DNA of 64,000 bases from Sedimentisphaerales bacterium (GTDB lineage Bacteria > Planctomycetota > Phycisphaerae > Sedimentisphaerales > Anaerobacaceae), in assembly GCA_963708075.1 (NCBI GenBank), contig OY970194.1:6752001-6816000 (forward strand), written 5' to 3'. Both the position numbers and the translations under genes were made by a program. The number at the start of each line of letters is the position of its first letter. Position 1 is the first letter of the stretch. This document shows positions 1-9,728 of this stretch, piece by piece. The notes beneath the pieces are model-generated. The model was not told the origin of the DNA. It was given only the letters and a program-made list of their open reading frames with translations, and did not search any database.

Positions 1-611
1 CAGTTCTTGGGCGGCGCGATCCGGCGAAGGCGGTCGAGCTGTCCTATTTCCTTGAGGCGTGCGTAGATAAGCTGCCAGGCGCAGGGGACGTCCGGCCGGA
101 CCTCACAGCGGTCCTCGCAAGACCCACCGCACGGACCGTTGAGCATCCGCTTCGCGCACCGGGTGACGGGGCAAATGCCGCCGTACTCGTGCAGCACGCA
201 TGCCCCACAGGCGGCACATTTCTCCGTCCAGATGCCTTGCTCCTCCAAGATGCCGATGAACGCCGTGTCCAGACCCGCATAGACGGGCGTGTTGTGATAA
301 CGTTCCGCGACGGCTTGAACGCCGGCGCCACAGCCCAGCGAAAGGACCGCCTCATTCCTCTGGATGGCATCGGCCGCCTGCTCAATGAAGACGTTGTCGC
401 ACTGACGCTCGATGGTCAGCTCCTCGACTGCCAGATCGACGCCCTGCAGCCGCGATGAAATGCGCAGGGCTGAACTGATGATGCCGACCTCACGTTCGCC
501 ACCGGCCAGACAGACCGTCACGCACGTTCCACAGCCCAGCACGAGCAGCTTCTTGTGCCCCTTGACGATATCCAACAGCTCCGGGATCTTCTTTCTTTCG
601 GCAACGATCAT
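1..611 (-). CDS. metV: MetV-like methylene-THF reductase Fe-S/Zn subunit (MTHFR C-terminal-domain protein), 3' end outside window
   Basis: Manual translation from ATG at 611 (overlaps mvhD stop, ATGA): MIVAERKKIPELL...LGCGTCVTVCLAGG...RQCD...SLGCGAGVQ...CAACGAC...GGICPVTRCAKRMLNGPCGG...CEV...PCAWQLIYARL. Absent from the ORF track because its stop lies outside the window. Confidence 0.85.
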   Translation of the reverse strand, partial: MIVAERKKIPELLDIVKGHKKLLVLGCGTCVTVCLAGGEREVGIISSALRISSRLQGVDLAVEELTIERQCDNVFIEQAADAIQRNEAVLSLGCGAGVQAVAERYHNTPVYAGLDTAFIGILEEQGIWTEKCAACGACVLHEYGGICPVTRCAKRMLNGPCGGSCEDRCEVRPDVPCAWQLIYARLKEIGQLDRLRRIAPPKN

Positions 612-1129
612 GAAGTCTTCTCCACTTTCTTCGATCGCGGCTTGCGAATTGCGGACTGCGGATTCCAAGTCGACGCATCAATCTGCGATTCGGGCTGTTT
701 AGCCTTGTGGCCGTTGCGGGTGACGGGGCTGGGGCCGAGCTTGCGAACGGTCTCGACCATGTCAGTGATGGCGTCTGACAGAGGTCGCGCCATAGCCGCC
801 GAGATATTGACCATGCGCAGGCGTTCCTTCCCCAGGCCCATCTCCTCCAGCATGTCGCGCATGTACTGGACTCGCCGCTTGGCGTAGAGGTTGCCACTGG
901 TGTGGTGGCAGCCGCCTTCGAGGCAGCCGGCCACGAGGACACCGTCCGCGCCGGTCTCGAATGCCTTGATCAGGAATTCGGTCTCCAGCCGCCCCGTGCA
1001 GGGCGTGCGGATGATGCGGACGTTCGGCGGATACTGAATCCGCATCGTGCCCGCCAGGTCCGCCGCCGCATAGGCACAGTAGTGGCAGCAGAAGGCCAGG
1101 ACTCTCGGTTGGAATTCGGGTTCTTCCAT
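608..1129 (-). CDS. mvhD: MvhD/FlpD-family hydrogenase iron-sulfur (2Fe-2S) subunit
   Basis: AFCCHYCAYAAADLAG...RIIRTPCTGR...GADGVLVAGCLEGGCHH..GN signature; lies directly after hdrA. Confidence 0.92.
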   Translation of the reverse strand: MEEPEFQPRVLAFCCHYCAYAAADLAGTMRIQYPPNVRIIRTPCTGRLETEFLIKAFETGADGVLVAGCLEGGCHHTSGNLYAKRRVQYMRDMLEEMGLGKERLRMVNISAAMARPLSDAITDMVETVRKLGPSPVTRNGHKAKQPESQIDASTWNPQSAIRKPRSKKVEKTS

Positions 1130-1134
1130 ATGAT

Positions 1135-4100
1135 TTATGATACCTTAACCGCTACCTTCTCCTTTGATACTCCGGCGCCGTCGTCGAAGAGCGTGCGGAT
1201 CATCACTCGGAACTGGTCGGTCTCAAAATGGTTCAGTTGGATCGCCCGTGCTGGGCACTCGGAGGCGCAGATGCCGCAGCCCATGCACTTCGCCGCTTCG
1301 ATCTGGCCCTTGCCATCCAGGTTGCAGAACGGGGCGCCGTATGGACAGACGTGCACGCACGTCATGCACGAAATGCACTTGCTCTGATCGACGCGAGAGA
1401 CCTGCGGGCTGACGTCGAGGTGTGTCTTGGATAACACGGTCGCCGCCCTGGCCGCGGCTGCTCGCGCCTGGGCGATGCTCTCGTCGATGAACTTCGGCGA
1501 GTGCGCCAGGCCGCACAGGAAGATACCTTCGGTGGCAAAATCCACCGGCCGCAGCTTCATATGTGCCTCGACGTAGAAGCCATCCGCATTGAGCGGCACT
1601 TTGAGCATATCGGAGACTCGCTTATTGTTCTGGCGGTCAGCCTCAATGCCCGTGCTCAAGACGACCAAGTCCGTCTCGATATCGATCGGCTCGGGGAAGT
1701 CCGGACTGTTGACGCTGACCTTGAGCCCACCAGTCTCGGACACGACCGGCGGCCGCTCCGGCGTATATCGAAGGAATACCACCCCTGCTTCGCGGGCCTT
1801 CTTGTAGTAGATCTCCCGGAAACCGTAGGTCCGGATGTCGCGATAAAGGACGAAGACATCGGTGTCGGGCGATATCGCCTTGATGGCCAGTGCGTTCATG
1901 ACGGCCATCGAGCAGCAGATGCGGCTGCAATAGGGCCGCTCCTCATCACGCGATCCGGCACACTGAATCATGACAACGTTCTTGAGCCCCGCCAGCAACC
2001 GCCCCTCATGAATTTGCTGGTCCAGGTCAACCTGGGTGGTGACGTTTGGTGATGAGCCCCCCAGGAACTTCGTCGTCTGGGCCTTCTCGGCACCGGTCGC
2101 GACGATCACGGCGCCAGCACTGACTTCGGATTTCCGGCCGTTGCAGGACAGAGTCGCATGGAACTCGCCGATGTGGCCTTTGACCTCCGCCACGTCCGTC
2201 GCGAGGAACACATCGATATTCTTGTGCTCCTGCACTTGTTTGATCAGGCTCGCCGTCAGGCCGGCGACGTCGGTGTCTTCCAGCGTGTGATGAATGTCAT
2301 AGAGATGTCCGCCCAATCGCTGCGTTCGCTCCACGAGGTGGACCTTGAAACCCTGATTGGCGAGGGCCAGCGCCGCGGTCATGCCAGCCAGGCCGCCGCC
2401 GATGACCAGGCCTTTCTGATCGACGGCCAACGTGCCTGGCTCCAGAGGCGACAACAGGTGCGACCGTGCCACCGCCATCTTGACCAGCTCCGTCGCTTTC
2501 TGCGTGGCGATCTCGGGCGAGCCGGAGTGCACCCACGAGCATTGGTCGCGGATGTTCGCCATCTCGAAGAGGTATGGATTGAGGCCCGCCTCGCGCATCG
2601 TCTCGCGGAACAGCGGCTCATGTGTCCGCGGCGTGCAAGAGGCGACCACGATGCGGTTGAGCCGGTGCTCCACGATCTGCTGGCGGATGTTCGACAAGCT
2701 TGTATCCGAGCAGGTGAACATGGTGTGGGTCGCGAAGACCACGCCACGCTCGGCCTCGATGTCCTTGGTTACGCGCTCCACATCGATCACCGAGCCAATG
2801 TTCCGGCCGCAGTGGCACACGAAGACACCGATACGCGGCTCTTCGTCCGTGACATCGTGCTCATCAGGGTACTTCTTTGTCACCGTCCGCGTGTTGCGCG
2901 CCGACGCCAACAGTTCCATCGCCATGGAAGCGGCGCCGCTGGCCTGCATCACGGTCTCGGGAATGTCCTTCGGCTCCTGGAACGCCCCACCGACGAACAC
3001 GCCCGGCTGGGACGTGGACAGAGGCTGCGAACGCTGCGTCGCGCAGAAGCCGTATTCGTTGAGCTCGATGCCGAGCCGTGAAGCAAGTTCGACGGCGGTG
3101 GCGGAAGGCTCCAAGCCGACGGCCAGCACGACAAGGTCGAAGTCCTCCTCTCGCAGCTTGCCGGTCTCGTCCACGAAGCGGGCACGCGGATTCATCGTCC
3201 CCGGCATCTGGACAATGCGCGATGGGATGCTCTTGACATAGCGGACGCCGTTTTGATTCTTGGCCCGCTCGTAGTATTGATCGAAATCCTTGCCGTGGGC
3301 GCGGATATCCATATAGAAGATCGTCGCTTCCAGGCCCGGCGTGTGGTCCTGGGCCACCATGGCTTGTTTCGTCGAGGCCATGCAGCAAATCGACGAGCAA
3401 TATTCGTTCCCGCACTTGGAATCGCGCGAGCCGACGCACTGAATCCACGCCACCCTCTTGGCCTCGCGACGATCCGAGAGCCGCACGATGTGTCCCTCGA
3501 ACGGCCCGGCGGCCGACAGCATCCGCTCGAACTGGACGCTCGTGACCACGTTCGGATATCGTCCCCAGCCGAACTCGCCCTTGCGGCTCGCGTCGAATTC
3601 CTCGAAGCCGGTGGTCAGAACGACCGAGCCGACCTCCAGCTCGACCGTCCGCTCTCCCATGGTGTGATCGATCGCATTCTGCTTGCAGGCCTCCACGCAC
3701 TCCTTGCACTCCGAGCACAGGGCGCAGTTCAGGCACCGTTCCGCCTCAGCCAGTGCCTGCTCCTCCGTCAGACCCGTCTCCACTTCCTTGAAGCTGCCGA
3801 CTCTCTGGGCCACGGGCAGCTCGCCGGCCTTCGCGCGAAGCTTCTCCTCGATATCGTCCGGCGGGGGAAGCAGTTCCTCCGGAACCGGCTTGACCGTGCC
3901 CTCGAACCGCTGAGAGACCATGTCCTTGCCGTTCAGATACCGCTCAATGGACTCCGCCGCTCGCTTGCCGGCCGCCACCGCTTCAATCACCGACTTGGGC
4001 CCACTCACTGCATCGCCCCCGACGAAAATCCCGTCCAGCGATGTCTGGAGGGTCACCGGGTCCGCTTTGAAGTATCGGCCCTGGGTCTGCGCTCCGACAT

Positions 4101-5619
4101 GGCTCATGAATGCATCGTCGCTGGTCTGTCCGATGGCGGTGATGATCTGATCGGCTTCGATGGACAGCCACTGCTGCTCGTCATAGACTGGATTGAATCG
4201 CCCGTCGGCGCCAAAGACCTGCGTGCATTTCTTTAGCTCGATGCCGGCGACGCTGCCGTTGCCGAGGATTCTGCGAGGTCCCCAGCCGTTTCGGAACGTG
4301 ATGCCCTCTTGCAGGGTCGCCTCGACCTCTTCGGGATAGGCGGGCATTTCGTGTCGCTGTTCGAGCGACACCATCTCGACACTCTTGGCCCCGAGCCGCA
4401 AGGCGGTGCGGGCTACATCCACGGCGACGTTGCCGCCTCCGATGACGACGACTCTCGCCTTGACCTCGGGCTTGCTGCCCGTCGAGCCGGCTTGACATAG
4501 GAAATCGACGCCCTGGAGGACGCCCGGCTTGTTCTCCCCTTCCACACCGAGCAGGCGGCCCTTGGCGACGCCAGCGCCGATGAAGACAGCGTCATTGTCT
4601 TTACGCAGCTTCTCGATGGTAGTGTCTTTTCCGACGCGGCAGTTGAAGACAAAACGCACGCCCTTACGCCGGATGAGCTCGACCTCGTGATCCAGCACCT
4701 TCTTCGGCAGTCGATACTCCGGAATGCCATAGCGGAGCATGCCGCCCGCCGCCGGTTGGGCCTCGTAGACCGTCACGGCAAAGCCCTTGTCGGCAAGATC
4801 GCTCGCGACAGTCAATCCTGCCGGGCCGGCTCCGATGACGGCCACCTTCTTGGCGCCGGCTGCGGGCTTCTTCTCCGGAGGCAGGCTCAGTTTGCCCGCC
4901 TCCAGCATTTGCACTTCCTGATCAGAGGCGAAACGCTTGAGCAGCCGGATGGCGATCGTGTCGTCAGCCTTGCCTCGCGCGCACTTGCTCTCACAGGGAT
5001 GGGTGCAAATCCGGCCGCAGATCGCCGCCAGCGGGTTGCGCTCGCGGATCAGGTTCACCGCCTTGAGGTATTCCTTCTTCTTGATGAGCTGCACGTAGCC
5101 CTGCACGTTGACATTCGCGGGACAGGCCACTTTGCAGGGCGAATGGCCGTTCTTGAGAATGCCGAAGATGTTCGGCGTCGCCTGGGCGTAGTGCTTGGCG
5201 ATGGCCTTGCGCTTGCCGAGCTCGCGGTCAAAATGATCCGGAATCTGCACAGGACAGGCATTGGTGCACTCACTGCAGCCGTTGCACTTGGTCTCATCCA
5301 CATACCGCGGATACCGTTTGACGGTGGCTTTGAAGTTGCCCGGCTCGCCCTTGAGGTCGGTCAACTCGGACATCGTCAGGATTTCGATGTTCAGGTTGCG
5401 GGCACACTCGACGAGCTTGGGCGACACGATGCACGTGGCGCAGTCGCCGGTCGGGAAGGTCTTGTCGAGGTGGGACATCATGCCGCCGATGGCCGCCTCG
5501 CGCTCGACGAGATAGACCTTGAAGCCCGCGTTGGCCAGATCGAGCGACGCCTGCACGCCGGCGATTCCGCCGCCCTGCACGAGCACCGCACCTGTTTTCT
5601 TCTGACCGTTGTCACTCAT
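1135..5619 (-). CDS. hdrA: Large HdrA-like flavoprotein (1494 aa) with inserted GltD-like NAD(P)H/FAD module and two HdrA-type halves (HdrL-like)
   Basis: GGGIAG, LDKTFPTGDCATC, SPCKVACP...AICGRICTHPCE (GltD Fe-S), GAGPAG, GGGNVAVDVAR, two IQC.GSRD...YCS.ICC motifs, CHCGRNI, ASCTPRTHE, ANIRDQCSWVH, several CxxCxxCxxxCP ferredoxin motifs. Confidence 0.92.
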   Translation of the reverse strand: MSDNGQKKTGAVLVQGGGIAGVQASLDLANAGFKVYLVEREAAIGGMMSHLDKTFPTGDCATCIVSPKLVECARNLNIEILTMSELTDLKGEPGNFKATVKRYPRYVDETKCNGCSECTNACPVQIPDHFDRELGKRKAIAKHYAQATPNIFGILKNGHSPCKVACPANVNVQGYVQLIKKKEYLKAVNLIRERNPLAAICGRICTHPCESKCARGKADDTIAIRLLKRFASDQEVQMLEAGKLSLPPEKKPAAGAKKVAVIGAGPAGLTVASDLADKGFAVTVYEAQPAAGGMLRYGIPEYRLPKKVLDHEVELIRRKGVRFVFNCRVGKDTTIEKLRKDNDAVFIGAGVAKGRLLGVEGENKPGVLQGVDFLCQAGSTGSKPEVKARVVVIGGGNVAVDVARTALRLGAKSVEMVSLEQRHEMPAYPEEVEATLQEGITFRNGWGPRRILGNGSVAGIELKKCTQVFGADGRFNPVYDEQQWLSIEADQIITAIGQTSDDAFMSHVGAQTQGRYFKADPVTLQTSLDGIFVGGDAVSGPKSVIEAVAAGKRAAESIERYLNGKDMVSQRFEGTVKPVPEELLPPPDDIEEKLRAKAGELPVAQRVGSFKEVETGLTEEQALAEAERCLNCALCSECKECVEACKQNAIDHTMGERTVELEVGSVVLTTGFEEFDASRKGEFGWGRYPNVVTSVQFERMLSAAGPFEGHIVRLSDRREAKRVAWIQCVGSRDSKCGNEYCSSICCMASTKQAMVAQDHTPGLEATIFYMDIRAHGKDFDQYYERAKNQNGVRYVKSIPSRIVQMPGTMNPRARFVDETGKLREEDFDLVVLAVGLEPSATAVELASRLGIELNEYGFCATQRSQPLSTSQPGVFVGGAFQEPKDIPETVMQASGAASMAMELLASARNTRTVTKKYPDEHDVTDEEPRIGVFVCHCGRNIGSVIDVERVTKDIEAERGVVFATHTMFTCSDTSLSNIRQQIVEHRLNRIVVASCTPRTHEPLFRETMREAGLNPYLFEMANIRDQCSWVHSGSPEIATQKATELVKMAVARSHLLSPLEPGTLAVDQKGLVIGGGLAGMTAALALANQGFKVHLVERTQRLGGHLYDIHHTLEDTDVAGLTASLIKQVQEHKNIDVFLATDVAEVKGHIGEFHATLSCNGRKSEVSAGAVIVATGAEKAQTTKFLGGSSPNVTTQVDLDQQIHEGRLLAGLKNVVMIQCAGSRDEERPYCSRICCSMAVMNALAIKAISPDTDVFVLYRDIRTYGFREIYYKKAREAGVVFLRYTPERPPVVSETGGLKVSVNSPDFPEPIDIETDLVVLSTGIEADRQNNKRVSDMLKVPLNADGFYVEAHMKLRPVDFATEGIFLCGLAHSPKFIDESIAQARAAAARAATVLSKTHLDVSPQVSRVDQSKCISCMTCVHVCPYGAPFCNLDGKGQIEAAKCMGCGICASECPARAIQLNHFETDQFRVMIRTLFDDGAGVSKEKVAVKVS

Positions 5620-6477
5620 AGACAGCCTTGACCACCTTTTCCGGCGAGATCATGAGCTTGTTCAAGCCGAGCCTCTGGGCGCGATGCCGAGGCACAGCCC
5701 CAGCAGTTGCGTGATGTAGAGGACCGGCATGTCGTAGCGGTTGCCTTTGCTCTTGGCGATGTCGAGCTGCCGCATGTCGAGGTTGATCTGGCACATGGGA
5801 CAACTAACGGCGATGCAATCGGCGCCGGCCAGCTTCGCCATCCCGACGATCGAGTCCGTGAGATTCACGACCACATCGGTCCGCGACATGGACAGGCCGC
5901 CGCCGCAACATTCCACCTTGTGGGGCCATTCGAGGGCCGTGCCGCCCAGGGCCGAAACCAATCGATCCAGCGAGCTTGGGTTCTCCGGGTCATCGAAACC
6001 CGTGACCTCGCTGGGCCGAACCAGGAGGCAGCCGTAGTAGCTGGCCACCTTCATCCCGGCCAGCGAGCCGTGCAGGGCCTCTTGAATCGTATCGGCCCCC
6101 ACGTCATCCAGAAGGACTTCGAGCAGGTGACGCACGTTCACCGAGCCGTCATAATCCCGGCCCACCGCCTCGGCCACTCTGGCCCGCATCTGCCTGCTCG
6201 CGGCGATCTCGTGATTCGCCACTTTCATCCGGTTGTAGCAAGCTGCACAGTTGACGACCAGGTCGAGGCCCATGTCCTTGGCCTTGACTAAGGTCGCCAC
6301 GGGCAGGGCCGCCGCCAGAACGTGGTCAGTCTGATGCCCCGCCGTGGCTCCGCAGCACGTCCAGCCTTGCGGCTCGATCAGCTCGATGCCCAGCGCCTCG
6401 GCGACGGCCAGTGTCGATTGGTGCATGTCCCGCGCGGTGGACTCCGCAGAGCAACCTGGAAAATACGCGTATTTCAT
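5612..6477 (-). CDS. hdrB: Heterodisulfide reductase subunit B-like (two CCG domains); one frameshift near 5678
   Basis: MKYAYFPGCS, WTCCG, CAACY, YYGCLL, CCGG, SCPMCQ.NLD, PVLYITQLLGL. The normal tail (RLGLNKLMISPEKVV) continues in another frame to 5612. Confidence 0.9.
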
Positions 6478-7040
6478 TTGCCCGCCCCGTCCTCTTTCGT
6501 CTTCTTGAAGATTCGACACACGGTCTTGCGATCCGCCCCGCGAGGAGGCAGCAATGCGATCTTGCGTTTCTTCAGCATGGTGGGGAACTTCTCGGTGTCG
6601 GCCATGAGCTTGCCGCTGCCGAGCTTGTAGCCGGCGATCATGGCGACGTCGTACGTCCGGCCGAAGATCTCGACGGTCTTGAGGAACGCCCGATTGAACA
6701 GCGGCACGTTGCCCTCGGGCCTGGCGGCGCCGCGATGGACCGCCAGCTTCCGAAGGGCGTCCATAACCGCCGCGACGTCGATCCCCATCGGGCATCGCGT
6801 CGAGCAGGTCTCGCACGAGACGCACATCCAGAGGATGTCGCTGTTGAGAAGCTCATCACCCATGCCCAAGTGCAGCCGCCGCACCATCTCCGAAGGCGGG
6901 CACTGGGCCATGCCCGACACCGGGCATCCGCTCGTGCACTTCTTGCACTGGTAGCACACGCTCAGGTCCACCCCCGAGATCTCCTGCACCTGCTTGAGAA
7001 TGCCCCGAGTGGACTTATTCTTTGAAATCGTTATCGCCAT
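6474..7040 (-). CDS. hdrC: Heterodisulfide reductase subunit C-like 2x[4Fe-4S] protein
   Basis: CYQCKKCTSGCP and WMCVSCETCSTRCP; overlaps the hdrB start. Confidence 0.9.
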   Translation of the reverse strand: MAITISKNKSTRGILKQVQEISGVDLSVCYQCKKCTSGCPVSGMAQCPPSEMVRRLHLGMGDELLNSDILWMCVSCETCSTRCPMGIDVAAVMDALRKLAVHRGAARPEGNVPLFNRAFLKTVEIFGRTYDVAMIAGYKLGSGKLMADTEKFPTMLKKRKIALLPPRGADRKTVCRIFKKTKEDGAGK

Positions 7041-7070
7041 GTCTTGGATTCACCCACACGAATCGATGTC

Positions 7071-9725
7071 TCAACTCTTTGCCGCCACCTGTTTCTTCTC
7101 TTTGCCGGGTAGGGCCGCCACTTGGGCCAGCGCCTTGAGTGCGACCGGCGCCACCTTGCGATAGACTTCCTCCGGCTTGCACACCCGGCCATCGATTGTC
7201 ACCAGATCCTCGACCCTGATCCCGAACAGCTGCTCGTTCTCCTCCAGATAGGGCAGGATCAAGTTCCAATCCGCCTGTGTGAGCGCCGTGAACTTGCCGC
7301 CGTTGAGCTGTTGATCGACCACTTTGTGGTGCGGGTCGCGGACATAGATCGCGCCGCCGGAAGCGAGCGAGAACAGATTGCTGCCGGGGTACGGCTCGGG
7401 CAGCGGAACGACTTTGCCGTCCTCGTCGATCCGGATTCCGTTGAGGATCACGAAGCCGCCGCCGGCGAGCGGATCGCCCGCCATGAAGGACTCCGCCAAA
7501 AAGTCCAGGCACGTGCCATTGATGACGACCTTCGGCCGGCCAACGGAATTGATCAGAGGCCGGCCCGCCCCGTTGCCGAGGATGAAGATGGTGCCGCCTT
7601 TGGCCCCGTACATGAAGGTCTGGCCGAAGTCACCGTGAACGACGAGCTTGCCGCGTTTGATGATCTGGCCCAACTGGTCCTGGGCGTTGCCGTGCACGGT
7701 GATGGTCAGGCCGTCGATGCCGGAGGCGAGGTAGTCGCCGGAGCTGCCGTAGATGTCGATGGTCACGTCCTCGGTGTCGGGTCCGAGCCCGCAGCCGTGG
7801 AACCGCTGCCCCCGCAGGTCGAAGGTGATGAACCGTCGCCAGCCTTTGAGAAACGCGTCGCACAGGAGCGTCGAGTCGCAGCCTTCGCCTTCCGGCGGGA
7901 AGCCCAGCGCATCGATGACCAGCGTGGTCTCGCCGCGGGCAGGTCCGCGCAGGTCGCCCTTCGTCTTGAGATCGATCAAGCGATAGGGTCCGAGGCTGGG
8001 GTCGTCCGCATTGATCTTCGGCAGCGATCGCAGGAGCCGGAACAATTCGCTTCGAACGAGATGCAGGATGTGGCTGCGTCTCTTGCCACCGGTGGGGTAC
8101 TTGCGGTCGTTGAGCAGCGTATAAGCCGCGATCACCGTCGCCGTGTTCTCCCGCGTGGCCCCCAGCTCTGCCAGGGTCCGGCACACCGCCCGAAACACGT
8201 CGAAGGACCACGCCTTGGCGCCGTCGCGGACAAACTCGTACAAGCCGACCACGCTACCGGCCCGCAGACATCCGTCCAGCTTCTCTTCCACTGCTTTGTC
8301 CCCGCAAAGGGAAGCGGGGTCCGCCGAGAAGTCACAGGACTGGCTCCATTTTGGCATCGGCACAGGCTGGCCGAACTTGTCCGTACAAGTCATACGAAGC
8401 GTACCACCGGCGTCCTTCTCGAGATTGAAGAGGAAGGCGCCGCCGTCCGTGTAGCTGCCGCCGCGGGCGTTCCAGTAGCGGTCGGCGACCGGGCAGATTC
8501 GCTCGTCCTCCTTGGCTAGGCTCTGTAGCGTCGCGTCGATCGCCTGCTTTTCTGAAGCGATCAGGCCGACCTGGACCTCGCCCTCGGACAAGGCGAACAC
8601 CTGCGGCCGGAGCATCGCGGTATCTGTAATGCCGATAAGCTGGAACTTGTTTTCCCTCGCCACGTTGCGGGCGATGATGAAGAACCACGGGCCGTCGGGC
8701 GAGCCGTGGATGTGCGTCGTCTGGATGGCCTTGTAGATCCGCTGCTTCTCCTCTGGCAGCCGGTCGAAGTCCAGCTCGGTCGTCGGGGCCAGGGCCTCGA
8801 TGATGTATTCGAGCGGGTAGTGATACGTCCGGTCCAGCAGATCGAACAGCAGGGCCGAGACCTCTGTGTCGGTGAGGAACTGCGGATAGATGTTCCGCTG
8901 CTTGAGGTACTCGCTGACGGAGTGATAGTTCGCGAAGTCGCCGTTGTGAACGAGTGCCATGTTCATCGCGGCAAACGGATGCGCCCCGCCGGGGTGCCAG
9001 ACGCGGCCCTTCGTCGGGTAGCGCTGATGCGCGATCCAGGCGTGTGCGCAGAGGCCCTCGATTTTGTAGTACTTGACGATGGCCTCGGCGTAGCCGACGA
9101 CCTTGAGAATCATGATGTTCCGGCCGTGAGACAGCACGAACGCCCGCTGCTTGCCGAGCGAGGCGTAGAACTTCTGGTTCAGCTTGAAGCTGTTCTGGCT
9201 TACGTACTCATCTTCGGCCGCCCGCCGGTCCATTGTCTTGAGACCGTTCTTCTGAACGAAGTCATCGAGCACCGTCGGCTTGACGCGGACGAAGTAGCGC
9301 CACACGTCCGGCGGCTTGACCTCCAGGTCGCCCACCGCCTGCCAGTCGTCCACCTTGTCCAATGCGGCGGATGCGGCCACGTCGAAATGCGGCGTGATGA
9401 ACTCCTTCTCGACTTCCGCCCGGACATTCGGGTCCAGCAGCGCGACGTGCAGCATGTAGTGCTCGTCGAGCACCTGCCGGCTGACGCCCAACTGCTCGGG
9501 CAGCAGTCCAACTGCCGCAATGCCGCCGCCTTTGCCGTTGCCGCGATTGTGCATCTGCTTGGACGGCTCGTAGATGTGCCGACCGGGCACCGCCTTCGTG
9601 CAGCAGAAACCGACAACCCCGCAGCCCCCCTCATCTTCCGCCTTGCGCACCATCTGAGGCCACCCGCACGCGTCGGCCAGGGTCTTCCTCGAATGTGACA
9701 ACTGTTGTATCAACTGCTCGTTCAC
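7071..9725 (-). CDS. Glutamate-synthase-like subunit: class II (Ntn) glutamine amidotransferase fused to GXGXG beta-helix domain
   Basis: EDEGGCGVVGF (N-terminal nucleophile Cys after a short propeptide), HNRGNGKGGG, IAHQRYPT, AHPF, LVHNGDFANY, TDTEV; C-terminal GSSGDYLASGIDG/GNAQD/GDFGQTFMYGAKGG repeats. Confidence 0.85.
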   Translation of the reverse strand: MNEQLIQQLSHSRKTLADACGWPQMVRKAEDEGGCGVVGFCCTKAVPGRHIYEPSKQMHNRGNGKGGGIAAVGLLPEQLGVSRQVLDEHYMLHVALLDPNVRAEVEKEFITPHFDVAASAALDKVDDWQAVGDLEVKPPDVWRYFVRVKPTVLDDFVQKNGLKTMDRRAAEDEYVSQNSFKLNQKFYASLGKQRAFVLSHGRNIMILKVVGYAEAIVKYYKIEGLCAHAWIAHQRYPTKGRVWHPGGAHPFAAMNMALVHNGDFANYHSVSEYLKQRNIYPQFLTDTEVSALLFDLLDRTYHYPLEYIIEALAPTTELDFDRLPEEKQRIYKAIQTTHIHGSPDGPWFFIIARNVARENKFQLIGITDTAMLRPQVFALSEGEVQVGLIASEKQAIDATLQSLAKEDERICPVADRYWNARGGSYTDGGAFLFNLEKDAGGTLRMTCTDKFGQPVPMPKWSQSCDFSADPASLCGDKAVEEKLDGCLRAGSVVGLYEFVRDGAKAWSFDVFRAVCRTLAELGATRENTATVIAAYTLLNDRKYPTGGKRRSHILHLVRSELFRLLRSLPKINADDPSLGPYRLIDLKTKGDLRGPARGETTLVIDALGFPPEGEGCDSTLLCDAFLKGWRRFITFDLRGQRFHGCGLGPDTEDVTIDIYGSSGDYLASGIDGLTITVHGNAQDQLGQIIKRGKLVVHGDFGQTFMYGAKGGTIFILGNGAGRPLINSVGRPKVVINGTCLDFLAESFMAGDPLAGGGFVILNGIRIDEDGKVVPLPEPYPGSNLFSLASGGAIYVRDPHHKVVDQQLNGGKFTALTQADWNLILPYLEENEQLFGIRVEDLVTIDGRVCKPEEVYRKVAPVALKALAQVAALPGKEKKQVAAKS

Positions 9726-9728
9726 GGC

